A stretch of 63,665 nucleotides of DNA, filler included, from Craspedostauros australis (GCA_030167865.1; 5 parts of 5 records of this genome joined end to end with filler, not necessarily neighbours in it), one strand, 5' to 3'; shown: positions 43,654 to 56,650, counted from the whole stretch's first letter. A program made the numbers and translations. The notes: generated by a model not told the origin, from the sequence alone.

Positions 43654-45687
43654 ATGGTGCTATTACACCGCCGGTTCCTCAACAACGGAAGAGCATCAAG
43701 AACAGACGACATGATGCCCAACAAGATGGGCATTCGTATTGGCATGTCCGATGGCACGGTTCGTGAAATGACCATCGGCAGCAACACGTTCTCATTGGCA
43801 AGGCAATCCGTGAAGAGCAGAAAGATGGCCACTGCGAGGCAAATGAAGACAGTGCTCACAATGTTACTTTGTGCTGTCGTTCTGCGCTCCATCAACACGA
43901 GCAGCAACAGCAGAAGCGCGGATAGTGCTTCTGCAAAGACTCATTGGTTCAATCACATGCCAATGTCGGTAGATGCCTTCGTCATACAGCACACGCCCAT
44001 CACATACACACCGCAGCATCGCAGGCACCTTCACAGAAGTCAGCATCAATCGTACTCTTACCCGCAGCTGCTACCGCTGCAGCAACGATTTTCAAACAGC
44101 CATCTTCATTCACATCACCCTTTCATTCCGAAGGAACGGCAAGGGCAAAGGCGGAGGTGGCTCGGTCAGGTGCAGGCGCAATGGCAGTCACAATGGCAAC
44201 TGCAGTCCCAGCTCAACTCCATGCCACCGCGAACCGCCTTCGAGGGCAAGCCATCGGCACCCGGTTGGAAGCGCGGGCAGTTGGAGAAGCTGACTGACTG
44301 GGCCGTCAACGACGAGGCCAACCGTCCCATCATCTGCGAGTACGAACCCAGCGGCTGGTGGCTCTGGACCAAGTGGAGGGGGACGGTCCTTTCCATGATC
44401 TATCCCTCCGTCTTCCTCAATCTTGGCTTCAGCGTCCTTGTGGATCAGGTCGTGCATCATCTGTCGGAATCGACGTGGCCCTTGTCGGCCATCCCACCGG
44501 CACAAGACCCCTTGATTCAGCAGCTGTCCGGTGCCAATTCCCTGTGGGAATACCAACTCACGCTGTCGACGTTCATACTGACCTTCTTCACCTCCCAATC
44601 CTACAGCCATTGGAGGACGGTGTACCTGACGGCCCGTAGCATCCAGGGCCGCATCAACGATGTTTGCATCCTCCTCACCATGGGGGCCCAGCGCGTTCCT
44701 GATACGACGCGCGGCAACGGCACGACATATTCCCCAGAGGCCGAAGACCTCGTCAAGACTTGCACGCGCTTGATCCGCCTCAGCCACACCTTCTTCTGGG
44801 CCGCCACGCCGACCCTGTCCAACGGGGTGGGGGATGGCGGCGCCAAGGACGACAGTCTTCCGCGTGCCGACGGCAATGCCAACCTGCGCTACAGCGCCAC
44901 AGATCTCGACGATGACGACAACGCCATCGGCCCTGTCCTGCTCAGCGTTGAAGGCCTCAAGGGATTGGCGCGTGCCGGTCAGCTGACGGATGACGAAGTG
45001 CAGGCGCTGCTGTCATCCGGATTGCCACCTTCACAATACGCGTACGTGCTGCTCGAATGGGTGGGGCTGCATGCGCTCGAGGGATTGGAATCCGGTATCA
45101 TCCGCGGCACGGCCGGGCTCGAGGAGAATCTCTTTCGTCAGATCACCGCCCTGCGAGCGGAGTACTTCAACATTGGGGACTTCGCGGCCGGACGCATGCC
45201 GCTGGCCTACGTGCAGCTCGTGCAGGTGCTGGTGGATTCGTTGGTGGTCTTTGCGCCCGTGGCGCTGTATCCGGATTTGGGCACGCTGTCGATACCGCTT
45301 ACGGCCTTGCTCACTTTGTTTTACAAGGGGCTGCTGGAGCTGTCGAAATCGTTCCTGGACCCCTTCGGCAACGAGGGCTATCCCGGCCAGAACATTCGCG
45401 TGGACGTGCTGGTGTCCGAGCTCAACTTCGGTGCCGCGAGTAGGTGGGTCACAGCTGGTGAGCATGTGCCGCCACCGCCTCCGATTCCCACCAACCGTCG
45501 CAGCAAGAGCAGTGGCCGGCGTAGCAGTGGCAGCAACATGAGTAGTTTGCCCCGGACAGACTACATTCAAGGGGGCATGCGCTCCTACGACGATTACAAC
45601 GAATCTGGCTACAATTACAGCTTTGCGGGCGATCGGGCGCCAAACACGTCAAGGGATGGGTTGCAATCACTGTCAAGAGAGAGATGA
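43654..45687 (+). CDS. Bestrophin-family anion channel; start uncertain
   Basis: TFILTFFTSQSYSHW, IQGRINDV, RMPLAYVQLVQVLVD and GLLELSKSFLDPFGNE. Confidence 0.82.
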   Translation: MVLLHRRFLNNGRASRTDDMMPNKMGIRIGMSDGTVREMTIGSNTFSLARQSVKSRKMATARQMKTVLTMLLCAVVLRSINTSSNSRSADSASAKTHWFNHMPMSVDAFVIQHTPITYTPQHRRHLHRSQHQSYSYPQLLPLQQRFSNSHLHSHHPFIPKERQGQRRRWLGQVQAQWQSQWQLQSQLNSMPPRTAFEGKPSAPGWKRGQLEKLTDWAVNDEANRPIICEYEPSGWWLWTKWRGTVLSMIYPSVFLNLGFSVLVDQVVHHLSESTWPLSAIPPAQDPLIQQLSGANSLWEYQLTLSTFILTFFTSQSYSHWRTVYLTARSIQGRINDVCILLTMGAQRVPDTTRGNGTTYSPEAEDLVKTCTRLIRLSHTFFWAATPTLSNGVGDGGAKDDSLPRADGNANLRYSATDLDDDDNAIGPVLLSVEGLKGLARAGQLTDDEVQALLSSGLPPSQYAYVLLEWVGLHALEGLESGIIRGTAGLEENLFRQITALRAEYFNIGDFAAGRMPLAYVQLVQVLVDSLVVFAPVALYPDLGTLSIPLTALLTLFYKGLLELSKSFLDPFGNEGYPGQNIRVDVLVSELNFGAASRWVTAGEHVPPPPPIPTNRRSKSSGRRSSGSNMSSLPRTDYIQGGMRSYDDYNESGYNYSFAGDRAPNTSRDGLQSLSRER

Positions 45688-46763
45688 TGCCGCGAAGGTG
45701 GGTGGATGGATGGTTAGATGGTTGAATTCAGAAGAGAGCCGGGAGGAAGTCGAGGAGGACTACTGTACATGCTATTACGCACACAACGCGAGCGTGCGGT
45801 GAATCACGCACGTGGCGACGGTCGCATACAATCAACAATGGTGTTGTGCTATCACAAGGATCGCACAAGTATGGTACAGGTACGGTCGTCCCAACCACGG
45901 CACTGCAAATACGCACTTGGTGGATGAACGAATGAGTCAAGCACTGACTCGTGGTATGTAGCAATACATGGATGTATGGATGTGGGGATGGGCAATAACT
46001 GCATGGATCTTCCCACCTTCTGCGAATTCCGACGGACGCTATTGGAATGTTGAATGCGCCGCAGAGAGCGATGAACAAACAGCGCATTCCGCCCACGCAT
46101 CGTACTGGACTACATACGAACATACAAGCATGGATGGAATAAGTCACAAGCACAGGATTGCAAACCGCTACACATACGACTACTCTATACCTCTTCGTCA
46201 TACCTCCAGGATGCCGACTCGACCACCCTGCCCCGACGCGCCTCGATCTCAGCGCAGAGTACGCATGAATTCTTCCTTGTGCGAGACATATGCCACGATC
46301 GCGAATACAATTCCAGTCGTGGTGCACGGTCATACCCCAATCGTGCAATGCCGTTGCCTCCGATGATGTCCGTCCTTCGTACGAAGCTGCAAACACATGA
46401 ACGCGCAACCACCAATCACACGCATACACGACTGGACAGGACATGCGCGGGCTTCCGCGCAACTCGCAAGATTCCATGTGTACGTGGTAACGACATAGAG
46501 TCGCAGCACTTTTAAGGAATTTCGCATTTGGGCTTTTGGTCTTCGCAGTTCAAGCTGTACGTTGCGTGGGAGGTAAACTCCGAAGACCCAACGTGAACCG
46601 CGAAATCTTTGCGGACGAAGTTTTGTGCGGTGGGTTTGTGAGGGAGGTCCCGCTGAACCACGGCAAGGCACGGAGAGCAAAACAACACCACAGACCGTTC
46701 CACCCTCCGCAGCCACAAAAGCCAAATCGGTCGTAGTAACTCGTAATCGAAAAAGCCGCAACA

Positions 46764-48661
46764 ATGGGAAAGGAAAAGGTCCACATCTCTCTGGTCGTCA
46801 TCGGCCACGTCGACGCCGGTACGTGCAAGGGAACGATTGGATGTGTTGAAGATGGCACGCTTTTGAGGTTTTGAAGCGGCAAAATCCGGCTGGGTTGGGT
46901 TGAGTTGAGCTGCGTGGGATCGAGAGGAAGTAGCCTGTGCGTGGGATGTTGGAACAACAGGCCATGGTGGAAGACCGCATCGTGGATGGGTCATGGAGGT
47001 GATGGCGCCTTGGTTGAGTTGAGTTGCATGCCATGGCGAGCACGTATCCATACGTGCAAGCGGTCTTCCTTGACAGAGAGGCGACAATGGGAGCCAGGCG
47101 TGCGGCGCAAGCAATGCTGCAAGATGATCGCAGAAGGCATGCAGCTGCAAACAAGGATCGACGATGACCGGACAAATTCCGCACGCGCAACTGATCCTCA
47201 GTGAGCGAGCCGCCAGCGTTCCAAACATCCAGCAGCTCGTTCGAAACTCAGACTGCGACCATTGACGAACCCAGCCAGCCAAGCATCGACCACCTTTCCA
47301 ATTGCAGTTGACCATTCCCGAGCCACAGTGCGCGCGAAATGATGTATGACGCACCATATCCCACTTGCGAACAATCGCTCACCATAAACCCCCTCTCATT
47401 TGGCTCGATCATTGGCTCATTGACGAATTGTATCAACCAACCAACCAAACAATACTGCTTCATCTGCAATCGTAATCGCATCTGCAACCACAGGAAAGTC
47501 CACCACCACTGGTCACTTGATCTACAAGTGCGGAGGTATTGACAAGCGTACCATCGAGAAGTTCGAGAAGGAAGCCGCCGAGCTCGGAAAGGGATCCTTC
47601 AAGTATGCCTGGGTCCTTGACAACCTCAAGGCCGAGCGCGAGCGTGGTATCACCATCGATATCGCCCTCTGGAAGTTCGAGTCTCCAAAGTACTCCTTCA
47701 CCGTCATCGACGCCCCAGGACACCGTGATTTCATCAAGAACATGATCACCGGTACCTCCCAGGCCGATGTCGCCGTCCTCGTCATTGACTCCTCCCAGGG
47801 AGGATTCGAGGCCGGTATCTCCAAGGACGGACAGACCCGCGAGCACGCTCTCCTCGCCTACACTCTCGGAGTGAAGCAGATGATCGTCGCCATGAACAAG
47901 ATGGACGACAAGACCGTCAAGTACGCCGAGTCCCGTTACAAGGAGATCAAGTCCGAGGTCTTCACCTACCTCAAGAAGGTCGGCTACAAGCCAATGAAGA
48001 TCCCATTCGTCCCAATCTCCGGATGGGAGGGTGACAACATGATCGACAAGTCCACCAACATGCCTTGGTACAAGGGCCCATACCTCCTTGAGGCCCTCGA
48101 CAACGTCAACCCACCAAAGCGCCCAACCGACAAGGCCCTCCGTCTCCCACTCCAGGATGTCTACAAGATCGGTGGTATCGGAACCGTTCCAGTCGGACGT
48201 GTTGAGACCGGTATCATCAAGCCAGGTATCCATGCCATGTTCGCCCCAGCCGGCATCGTGGCCGAAATCAAGTCCGTCGAGATGCACCACGAGTCCCTTC
48301 CACAGGCCGTCCCAGGTGACAACGTCGGATTCAACGTGAAGAACGTCGCCGTCAAGGACCTCCGGCGTGGATTCGTCGCCTCCGACTCCAAGTCCAGCCC
48401 AGCCGCTGGTGCCTCTAGCTTCGAGGCTCAGGTCATCGTCATGAACCACCCAGGACAGATCTCCAACGGATACTCCCCAGTCTTGGATTGCCACACCGCC
48501 CACGTCGCCTGCAAGTTCAAGCACATCAAGGAGAAGATGGACCGTCGTTCCGGAAAGGTCCTTGAGGCCGATCCAAAGTTCGTCAAGACCGGAGATGCCT
48601 GCATCGTCGAGCTCGAGCCAACCAAGCCACTTTGCGTCGAGACCTTCACCGACTTCCCACC
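46764..48661 (+). CDS. EEF1A: Translation elongation factor 1-alpha (3' end lost in gap); exons 46764-46818 and 47494->48661
   Basis: [43 protein letters not shown] and NKMD, with strong codon bias. A 675-nt intron lies at 46819-47493. Confidence 0.97.
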
Positions 48662-48761
48662 NNNNNNNNNNNNNNNNNNNNNNNNNNNNNNNNNNNNNNN
48701 NNNNNTTAATTAATTAANNNNNNNNNNNNNNNNNNNNNNNNNNNNNNNNNNNNNNNNNNNN
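48662..48761. other. Artificial scaffold linker
   Basis: TTAATTAATTAA at 48706-48717 within Ns. Confidence 0.95.
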
Positions 48762-51604
48762 TGAGCTTGGTCGTCGGCCTTGGCGTTGCTCACCATGTTC
48801 ACTCCGCACACGAAACCGCTCTGCGTTGCCATGATGCGGTCGAAGCTGATGCGCACGCTGCCTTTCTTCAGGCTGATCACGATGCCGCGGTTGCTAATGT
48901 CGAAACCATTCTCGAGAGCTTTATTGATGCTCAGTAGGTTCACCCACAGCTTCGGCACGTACTTCACTGACTTGAGCACAACGATGGATGTCTTTCCATT
49001 CTTCTGCATGACGGTCATGCGCTTGTCCCCGACCTTGGTTGCCTTGAGGAAGCGCCCGCTTCCGATCTTCACGTCCTGATCGGAGACACGAATGTTGGTC
49101 ATTCCTTCGTCGCTGTTGGTGAGGTGGCATGATGCGCCCGAATCCCCCAACCAGGTGTTGGTCTCGTAGCTGTCCGGTGCGATGGAAGAGCGTCTTGCGC
49201 TCACATGGTCCGTGTTGCCGACCACCATGGCTACCTCGTGCTGGTCTGTGCGTTCAGAGTAGATTGGTAGCACCCAGTGCTCCGGCTTTGGGCTTCTGAC
49301 CCCGCTGTCGCTTTGGTGATGGGTCCAACGAATGGAGTTCGCGGCATGGAGGGTCATGCATGAAATCAGATCGCTGGGGAAGGGTTGGAAGTAACGAGAT
49401 TCCAAGCTGTTGTTGATGTTGCACGGGTTGCGACACACACCCAATGTGGTGATCATCCCGATCTCGTGTAGCTTGAAGTACACCNNNNNNNNNNNNNNNN
49501 NNNNNNNNNNNNNNNNNNNNNNNNNNNNNNNNNNTTCGGCACGTACTTCACTGACTTGAGCACAACGATGGATGTCTTTCCGTTCTTCTGCATGACGGTC
49601 ATGCGCTTGTCCCCAACCTTGGTTGCCTTGAGGAAGCGTCCGCTTCCGATCTTCACGTCCTGATCGGAGACGCGAACGTTGGTCATTCCTTCGTCGCTGT
49701 TGGTGAGGTGGCATGATGCGCCCGAATCCCCCAACCAGGTGTTGGTCTCATAGCTGTCCGGTGCGATGGAAGAGCGCCTTGCGCTCACATGGTCCGTGTT
49801 GCCGACCACCATGGCTACCTCGTGTTGGTCTGTGCGTTCAGAGTAGATTGGTAGCACCCAGTGCTCCGGCTTTGGGTCTCTGACTCCGCTGTCACTTTGG
49901 TGATGGGTCCAACGGATGGAGTTCGCGGCATGGAGGGTCATGCACGAAATCAGATCGCTGGGGAAGGGTTGGAAGTGACGAGACTCCAAGCTGTTGTTGA
50001 TGTTGCACGGGTTGCGACACACACCCAATGTGGTGATCATCCCGATCTCGTGTAGCTTGAAGTACACCGTGCGCGGCTCGATCTGTAGCTCGCGGTCTTG
50101 AGTGTGGGTGGCTACAGCATCGTAGCACAATAGGGCGAGTTCGTTTCGCACCTCATTGGCTCGGAGCACGTTGCTCAACGATGCTCGCACAGCATTGCGG
50201 AGGGAACCAGCTCTTTCGAGTCTGGTGCGTCGCTCCGCGCGCTCTTCATCGTTGGTCGGCACATTGCCACTTGGCTCGTTGTGGAGCTGGNNNNNNNNNN
50301 NNNNNNNNNNNNNNNNNNNNNNNNNNNNNNNNNNNNNNNNGAAAGGAACTTGGGGGCATTCCACGCACCATGCGTAGAGTGGTCCTCGCTTGAGGCACAG
50401 AGGGCACCAGGCCGTGTTGGTGGTGAGCCCTGTCGAGTTCCCGATCATGCGGTCCACGCGAGAGAGTTCTGGAGCGAAGTTGAACACTGGACGGCGAGCC
50501 GTTCCTTCTTGATTGGCACCGCCCATGTCGTCGTCCACGTCTTCGGTGTCGGTGGCCCCTTCGTTGGTGAGGCTTGCGTCGTAGTAGGATTCTTGTCCTA
50601 GGTTGGAGTTGCTCATCTTGTTGTTGACGTTGTGTGGTCTCAAAGAAAGAATGGGAGATGTGTCAGTCTGTTCGACGATGGCTGCAAAGGCGACGTCCTC
50701 CATTACCTTGGAGTCANNNNNNNNNTTGCTGTCGTTGTCGCGTGTTTTCGCCTCGCCTGTGTTCACAGACAAGTTGGTCACATTTTCCAATTCGTTCGTG
50801 TTTCCCGAGGTGGGCACACAAATTAATTCGTCTGTCACCACAAGAGCTACATCGTTATTTCCTTCCATTCCATCAGTCGCCACGTTGGCCGAGTCTGCCT
50901 CCTTCATGGCTGCCTTCAGCTTGAAGCACTGTAGGATCTTGTGTCCCTTCTTACCGCAGTACTTACACTCCCCATTGAACTTGGGCTTGCTGTTGTTGAC
51001 TCCTTGGCCACTCTTCTTGTTCTTGCCGTTGTCTTTCTTGGGGGCGGAGCGGCAGTCTGCCTTCTTGTGGCCGTAGGCGCCACAGTTGCGGCAGTGACCT
51101 TTGAAGCCTCCTACTGCAGCGAATGCAGTCTCTTCCCTGTTGCTGTTGTTCTCACGTCTGTTGCCGCCGAGCTTGAGGTGTCGGCCGTCGTAGGTGGCAC
51201 TGACAGCCTCGCGGATGTCTTCGAGGGTCATGGTGTCTTCCATACCATCGAACTTGAGCTCCAAGAGCTTGACGTCCGTCTCGTATTCCCTTCCGAGGGC
51301 GTTGAGTACGAGCATGTGGTACTGTTGCATATCCATCTTGATGCCAGTACTACCGAGGCGATTACGCAGCACTTCCATCTCAGTTAGGAACGTGTCTGGG
51401 TGCTCACCTTTCTTCAATCGCATCCCGTTGAGTTGAGCCAACAACTTTGCCTTCATAGGCGCAGTACGTTGCTCATAGATGCGTTCAAGGGCCTTCCACG
51501 CCTTGCGTGGGTCTCCACTTTCAGTGGGCCCGCCCTTGGTTCCCACCACAGCCATGAAGGCGACATTGCCTTCCGTAGTTTCATGGTTGATCGCCATGGC
51601 CAGT
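48762..51604 (-). mobile_element. Ty1/Copia LTR retrotransposon gag-protease fragment
   Basis: Gag GDPRKAWKALERIYE, two CCHC knuckles (CRNCGAYGHKKADC, CKYCGKKGHKILQC) and protease WLGDSGASCHL..VKYVPKLWVNLLSI. Confidence 0.92.
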
Positions 51605-51704
51605 NNNNNNNNNNNNNNNNNNNNNNNNNNNNNNNNNNNNNNNNNNNNTTAATTAATTAANNNNNNNNNNNNNNNNNNNNNNNNNNNNNNNNNNNNNNNN
51701 NNNN
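51605..51704. other. Artificial scaffold linker
   Basis: TTAATTAATTAA at 51649-51660 within Ns. Confidence 0.95.
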
Positions 51705-54700
51705 TCGGTTCTTAGTTGAACTTCAACTCTCCCTCTCAGTGTTGTGTCGTGACAAGACGTAGATTTCGAAGAAAACTCCATCCTTGGTGTTGCTGGTTTT
51801 ACCAGCCCATAATCTGCTTGCGCAGATACTCGAAGAGAACGANNNNNNNNNNNNNNNNNNNNNNNNNNNCGGGTTGTTCGGTTGTGGCGATGTGTGTGAT
51901 GCAAATGAACCCTGCCTTGACCCAGTACCAGAAGAAGTGCCACTTGGTCAGGAAGTGTTTAGTGCGTGCCGTAGGTTGATGGTTGGTGGCGAGCGCAATA
52001 CATCCCTGGTTGTCCTCAAACACCGTACATTGGAGCTGCGTGTGTAGCGGCATGCTTGTGCCGGCGTTGTCGATGACTTGGCGGATGAGCTGTTGGATGG
52101 GGATGAGTGCACGCATAGCCAAGGACAAGGCCGCGTATTCCGCTTCCATGGTGGAGAGGGCGATCTCCGTCTGGAGCTTTGACTTCCAGATTAGCGGGCA
52201 CCCATCCAATGTGATGAGGTATCCGGTGCGGGAAGTGACGGAAGTTGCGCTCGTGTCGTCTTCGCGCTTGTAGAGTCCGGCGAAGTCGGCGTCCACGAAA
52301 CACTTGAGGTCGAGCTTGCCCGTAGGATTGATGATCGTACCCATGCTCTCGGTGCTCTTGAGGTAGCGCATGATTCGTTTGATCGCTTTTCCATGGGAGC
52401 GGCGCGGGTCGTGCCCGAAGCGAGCGGCTTGAGAGACGGCGAAGGCGAGGTCAGGGCGCGTGTTCGTTGTCAAGTAGAGCAACATGCCGACGACGGAGCG
52501 ATAGTTCCACTTCTCGTCGAAGAGTGGTCCGCCTGCGTCCTTTCCGAGTGGAATCTGTGTCGTTGGTACGGGGCATGGGCTGCAGTTGGTCATTCTTGTG
52601 GCAGCGAGGACCTTTTGAATAAGTCCTGGCTGGCGGAGATGAATGCAGTCCGACTTGGGGTCCCTGAGTAGCTCAATCCCCAGAAACTCCGTGAAGCTGC
52701 CTTCCCGAGTGAGCTCGAACCCACGTTTGCGCATCGACACGATGAATGCGTCCGCCACCTTCTGCGTTTTGGACGCGATGCCAGCGTCGTCAACGTAGAG
52801 CACAATCATGATCTCCGGCTTGATGAACAGACACTGTTCCTGATCGCATGCCTTGAATCCTTCGCCGAGGAGTGCCTTGATGAGGTGATCATACCAGAGG
52901 CGGGGAGCGATAGTCAAACCGTACAAGCTTTTGTTGAGCTTGAGGCACGTGTTGGCGCCCTTGCTGGATTTGAATCCGCGAGGGAGACAGAGGTAGACGG
53001 GCTTGTGGATCTTGGCCTGGACGAAGGCGTTGGTGAAGTCGATAGAGGTCGTGGGCCAACCCATCACGATGGCGGTGCTCAGGAAGATACGGACAGACGA
53101 CCATGCCACGACGGGAGCGTAGGTGGAGGCGTCTTCTTTCATAAGATCGCCTCGACAGCACCAGCGGCCCTTGTATTTCTTGATGGTTCCATCTGGGAGG
53201 CGCTTGCGACGGAAGACCCACGTCCCAGGGTAGACTGGGTCGAAGATGCGGGTTCTGTCCACTTCTTCCCAGGTGCCCTTTTCGGTGAGTTCCTTGATCT
53301 CCTTGCTTGCAGCTTGCATCCACTCTTCTTTGTTGTTGTCCTTGAGTGCTTCATCGAAGGAGAGGGTGTCTGGATCGTTGGTTGATGCTTTGTAGGCTGT
53401 TGAGCGTTCAGTAACGTCGAAGTCGCCGCCTGTGACGAAGTAGCTCATCATGTGGTTGTCCACGTAGATAGGGTAGTTGGTCGTGTCCGAACTGGGTTCG
53501 ACGAGTGATGCAGCGTAGGCGTGTTGCTCGATGTTGGCCCAGTCAGTTGACGGGATGATGTTCTTGGTGTCTAGGATCGTCGTTGGGTCGACACGCAGGA
53601 GCGAATGTGGTGGTGTTTTGTTGTTCGAATTTCGTGTGTTGGGCTCTGTCAACAGAGGTTTTGCGTTGAAAGGCCACAAACCCAGAGCAAATTCGTTCAC
53701 ATCGCGTTCATTCGGCAACGGCCATGGTCCAGGACGCAGAGTGGTGATCTGGCGTCGGAACAGTTCGTACATCAGGCGAGCACGAGGGTGATGACCAATC
53801 TCGGTCCACACCGACTGTGCTCGCTTCCACAGGGTGCTAGCGGTTGTGTTGCTCTTCGGTGGGAGCACACCCGCACGTAGCGAAGTCTCGATATCGTCTT
53901 TGTGCCATCCGCCCCTCTTTGCGTGTCGCAGAAAGTCCAGGGCGTCGAAGTCAGGGCTTGTGGCGCCAGTGCGGATGAATTCGCTAAGCTTGTTGATGAG
54001 CTTCTCTACTGCGTAGTTTGTCAGTAGGGTCCTGTTGCTCTCGCTGCAGATGAGTTGGTTAAGACCCTCGTCGAAGTACGCCGTCATGTCGTTGTAGAGA
54101 TCCTCGTAGACCTCATCGAAGTCGACGAGGCCTTCGTCGTTCATGGTGTCGGGGTCGGGGACCCACCAATCGGCCATGTTGATGCAGGCTTCCGTTTTGC
54201 GGTTGTCGTGCTTAGGTTCAAGTGGCGGGAGCGAATGGTTTGGGGCGCGAGGATTCAAAGTCTTGAAACGTAGTCTCAATCGACGTAGTAGGTAGTGGGC
54301 GTCCACCTTGAATTGGTGAAGATCGATGGAGAGAGAGTCGGTGCCTTTTCGTTGGAGGGGTTCAATCGTTTTGAGACAGTCGAGAATGGCGTGTGAGAAT
54401 TTCATCAGAGAGGGTGAGTCAGGGTGCAATTGGAGCACTGTCTCATCGTGTTCGTCCTCATGCATGCTGGCTACCGCTGGGCAGAAATAGTACTCTTCGG
54501 CGTCCTCGTCGTCCAGCCACGCAGCTTTGCCTCCCAAGCGTTGGTAAGTGAAACGCAGGGGTTGCTTGCGCGCTCGCGTGCTCCGCGGCCTCTGTGTTGG
54601 GACTGCTTCGTCTGTGACGGGGACTGGAGAGGATGTTCGCGTGTGGACTGGGGATGCTGGTTCTTGCTTCAAGGTGATCGGCGGTACCGGTGTGGGTTCC

Positions 54701-56550
54701 GGTCGTGGAATCCGTGGAGTTGATTGCTCTGCTGGTTCGATCTCTGGCGAGTTCTTTGCGACTCCCTCAGTTGGCCGCACTCGTGGTACCTCTCCCTCTG
54801 AGGCTTGCATCCGAGGGGCCGTAGGGTCGTTGAGGATGTCAACCATTGGCGGAGTTACCGGGAGCTCTTCACTTGGAGGCACCGGATCCGTTCCCGCTTC
54901 ACGCCTTTCGGGTGGTGATTGATGTTTAGCTGGCGGAGAAGTTCCTGGAACAGGAGCGTCGTTGCGTCGCAGGCGTTCCTGATCGACGGCGTCCGACGCG
55001 AAGGTATCCTCTTGTTCCATGGCTTCCATATCGTCTTCGTCGAATGGGTACTGAAACGTCGTGTCTCCAAACATTCGCGTCCATTCATTAGACTGATAGT
55101 CGGGCAAGTGTTTGGGGTCCGTTGATATGGTGGCGAACCAGTCGTCGAACACAGCATGAAACTGCGGCGTGATGGATCCGGTCCGCAATGACAGTACCAG
55201 AGGGACCGTGGACGCGTGCTTTGTTGAGAGACCCATGTTCACGTATCGTTCGCCTCTTGGTTCCCAGCGCGGGATCTTGCGTCCATCAGCCAGCGCTTTG
55301 TTCAGTACATAAACGGGGCTGCCCCACACATGCAGGTTGTGTAGTTGCTTGAGCGGAAGGCGGATACGGGCAAGTATATCGTAGGGGGTTAGCCCTGTTG
55401 CTGGGTTAGGGACGCGGTTGTAGATGTAAGCCGCGTGTACCACGGCCATTGGCCACAGTTGCGCATCGAAGATGTCTGGCCAGTGGATGCTTTGGTGCAT
55501 CATCATGGTCCGAGCCATTGACACGATAGTTCGGATGCTTCTTTCAGCTATCCCGTTGTGGTGATGCGCCCCTACACCGGCAAACCGGTGGACCTGATGG
55601 AAAGCCTCGAGGTGTCTCGTGTATTCTGGCGATGTGAATGTAGTTGCGTTGTCCGAGAGGTAGGATCTGACGGGTACGCCTACATCGCGGCACATAAGCT
55701 CGAACTTCTCTTTTGCTTCTAGAGTAGCATGAGTCGTGAGGGCGGCCACTGGTTCCACGTGGATGTAACCTGAAGCATGGTCTACGAAGATGGCTCCTCC
55801 CTTGTGCATGTCGGTTGGGTCGCCTTTTCCTCGTCCTGAGAAGAGGCGTCCTGGTGTGCGTCCGATGAAGTGGTCAACGGATACTTGTTGGCCAGGGAAC
55901 AGGTGATCGGTGCGTAGGGCTCCTTGTCTGTCACGGACAACATGCTGAGTTATACCTGGTGATGGGCGTCGGTGCAGTTTTCCGAACTGACACGCAGCGC
56001 AGAGGGGGAGGCTCATCACTTTGGCAGCTGCCGTGTGCATCTTCTTTGATGCTTCGGACCCTGTGAGCACACCCGATCGCAATAGGAACTTCACTCGACC
56101 GAAGGATAAGTGTCCGAGGCGATAATGCCATCGAAGGAGTTCTTTTTGCGGTTCGGATATATTCACGTTGTGTTCCGAGACAGTTGAGACGATTGAGGAG
56201 AGTGCCGATGGAAGGTCGTGGATGTTGTCCGAGCCATATCCAGTTGAGGTGGGGAGCTTCGTCGTCTTCTTGTAGATCGCGATGATTGCGTTTCGGTTGT
56301 CGCTTCCCTTAATTCCGCTGAGTTTGCAGGAGGTCTTGTCAAAGGTGATGGTCTCACCAGGGTATTCTTCCAAGAGGCTTGACGTGCTGATGAGCTTGAC
56401 GCGTGATTGAGGCACATGGAAGGCGGGTAGTCGTAGCGTACGCGGGCTGCCCGTCACATCCAGAACGTGCCACTCCACAGTCCCGAGCGCTTTCACTTGG
56501 ATCTTTTTCAGGAATCCATTGAGAAAAGTCGGTTTTGGAGGAGCGTTTGG
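51705..56550 (-). mobile_element. Copia (CoDi-like) pol: integrase-RT-RNase H, with PPT and start of the 3' LTR
   Basis: ORF to the stop at 51799 with WHYRLGH..CAAC, VSVDH, FVDHASG, SDN, HHNGIAER, IDFTNAFVQ, KSLYGL, YVDD, DADFAG and EDNQGC. PPT GAGAGGGAGAG at 51737-51727, followed by TG at 51725. Confidence 0.95.
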
Positions 56551-56650
56551 NNNNNNNNNNNNNNNNNNNNNNNNNNNNNNNNNNNNNNNNNNNNTTAATT
56601 AATTAANNNNNNNNNNNNNNNNNNNNNNNNNNNNNNNNNNNNNNNNNNNN
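56551..56650. other. Artificial scaffold linker
   Basis: TTAATTAATTAA at 56595-56606 within Ns. Confidence 0.95.

Noticed and set aside
48948..50068. Tandem duplicated protease domain
   Set aside because: Near-identical copies with scattered SNPs flank an N gap. They are most likely different element copies or haplotypes collapsed in scaffolding.
48762..56550. One full-length Copia element
   Set aside because: The parts are on separate scaffolds, and on the minus strand pol would precede gag. Each also has its own dissimilar protease-end region.
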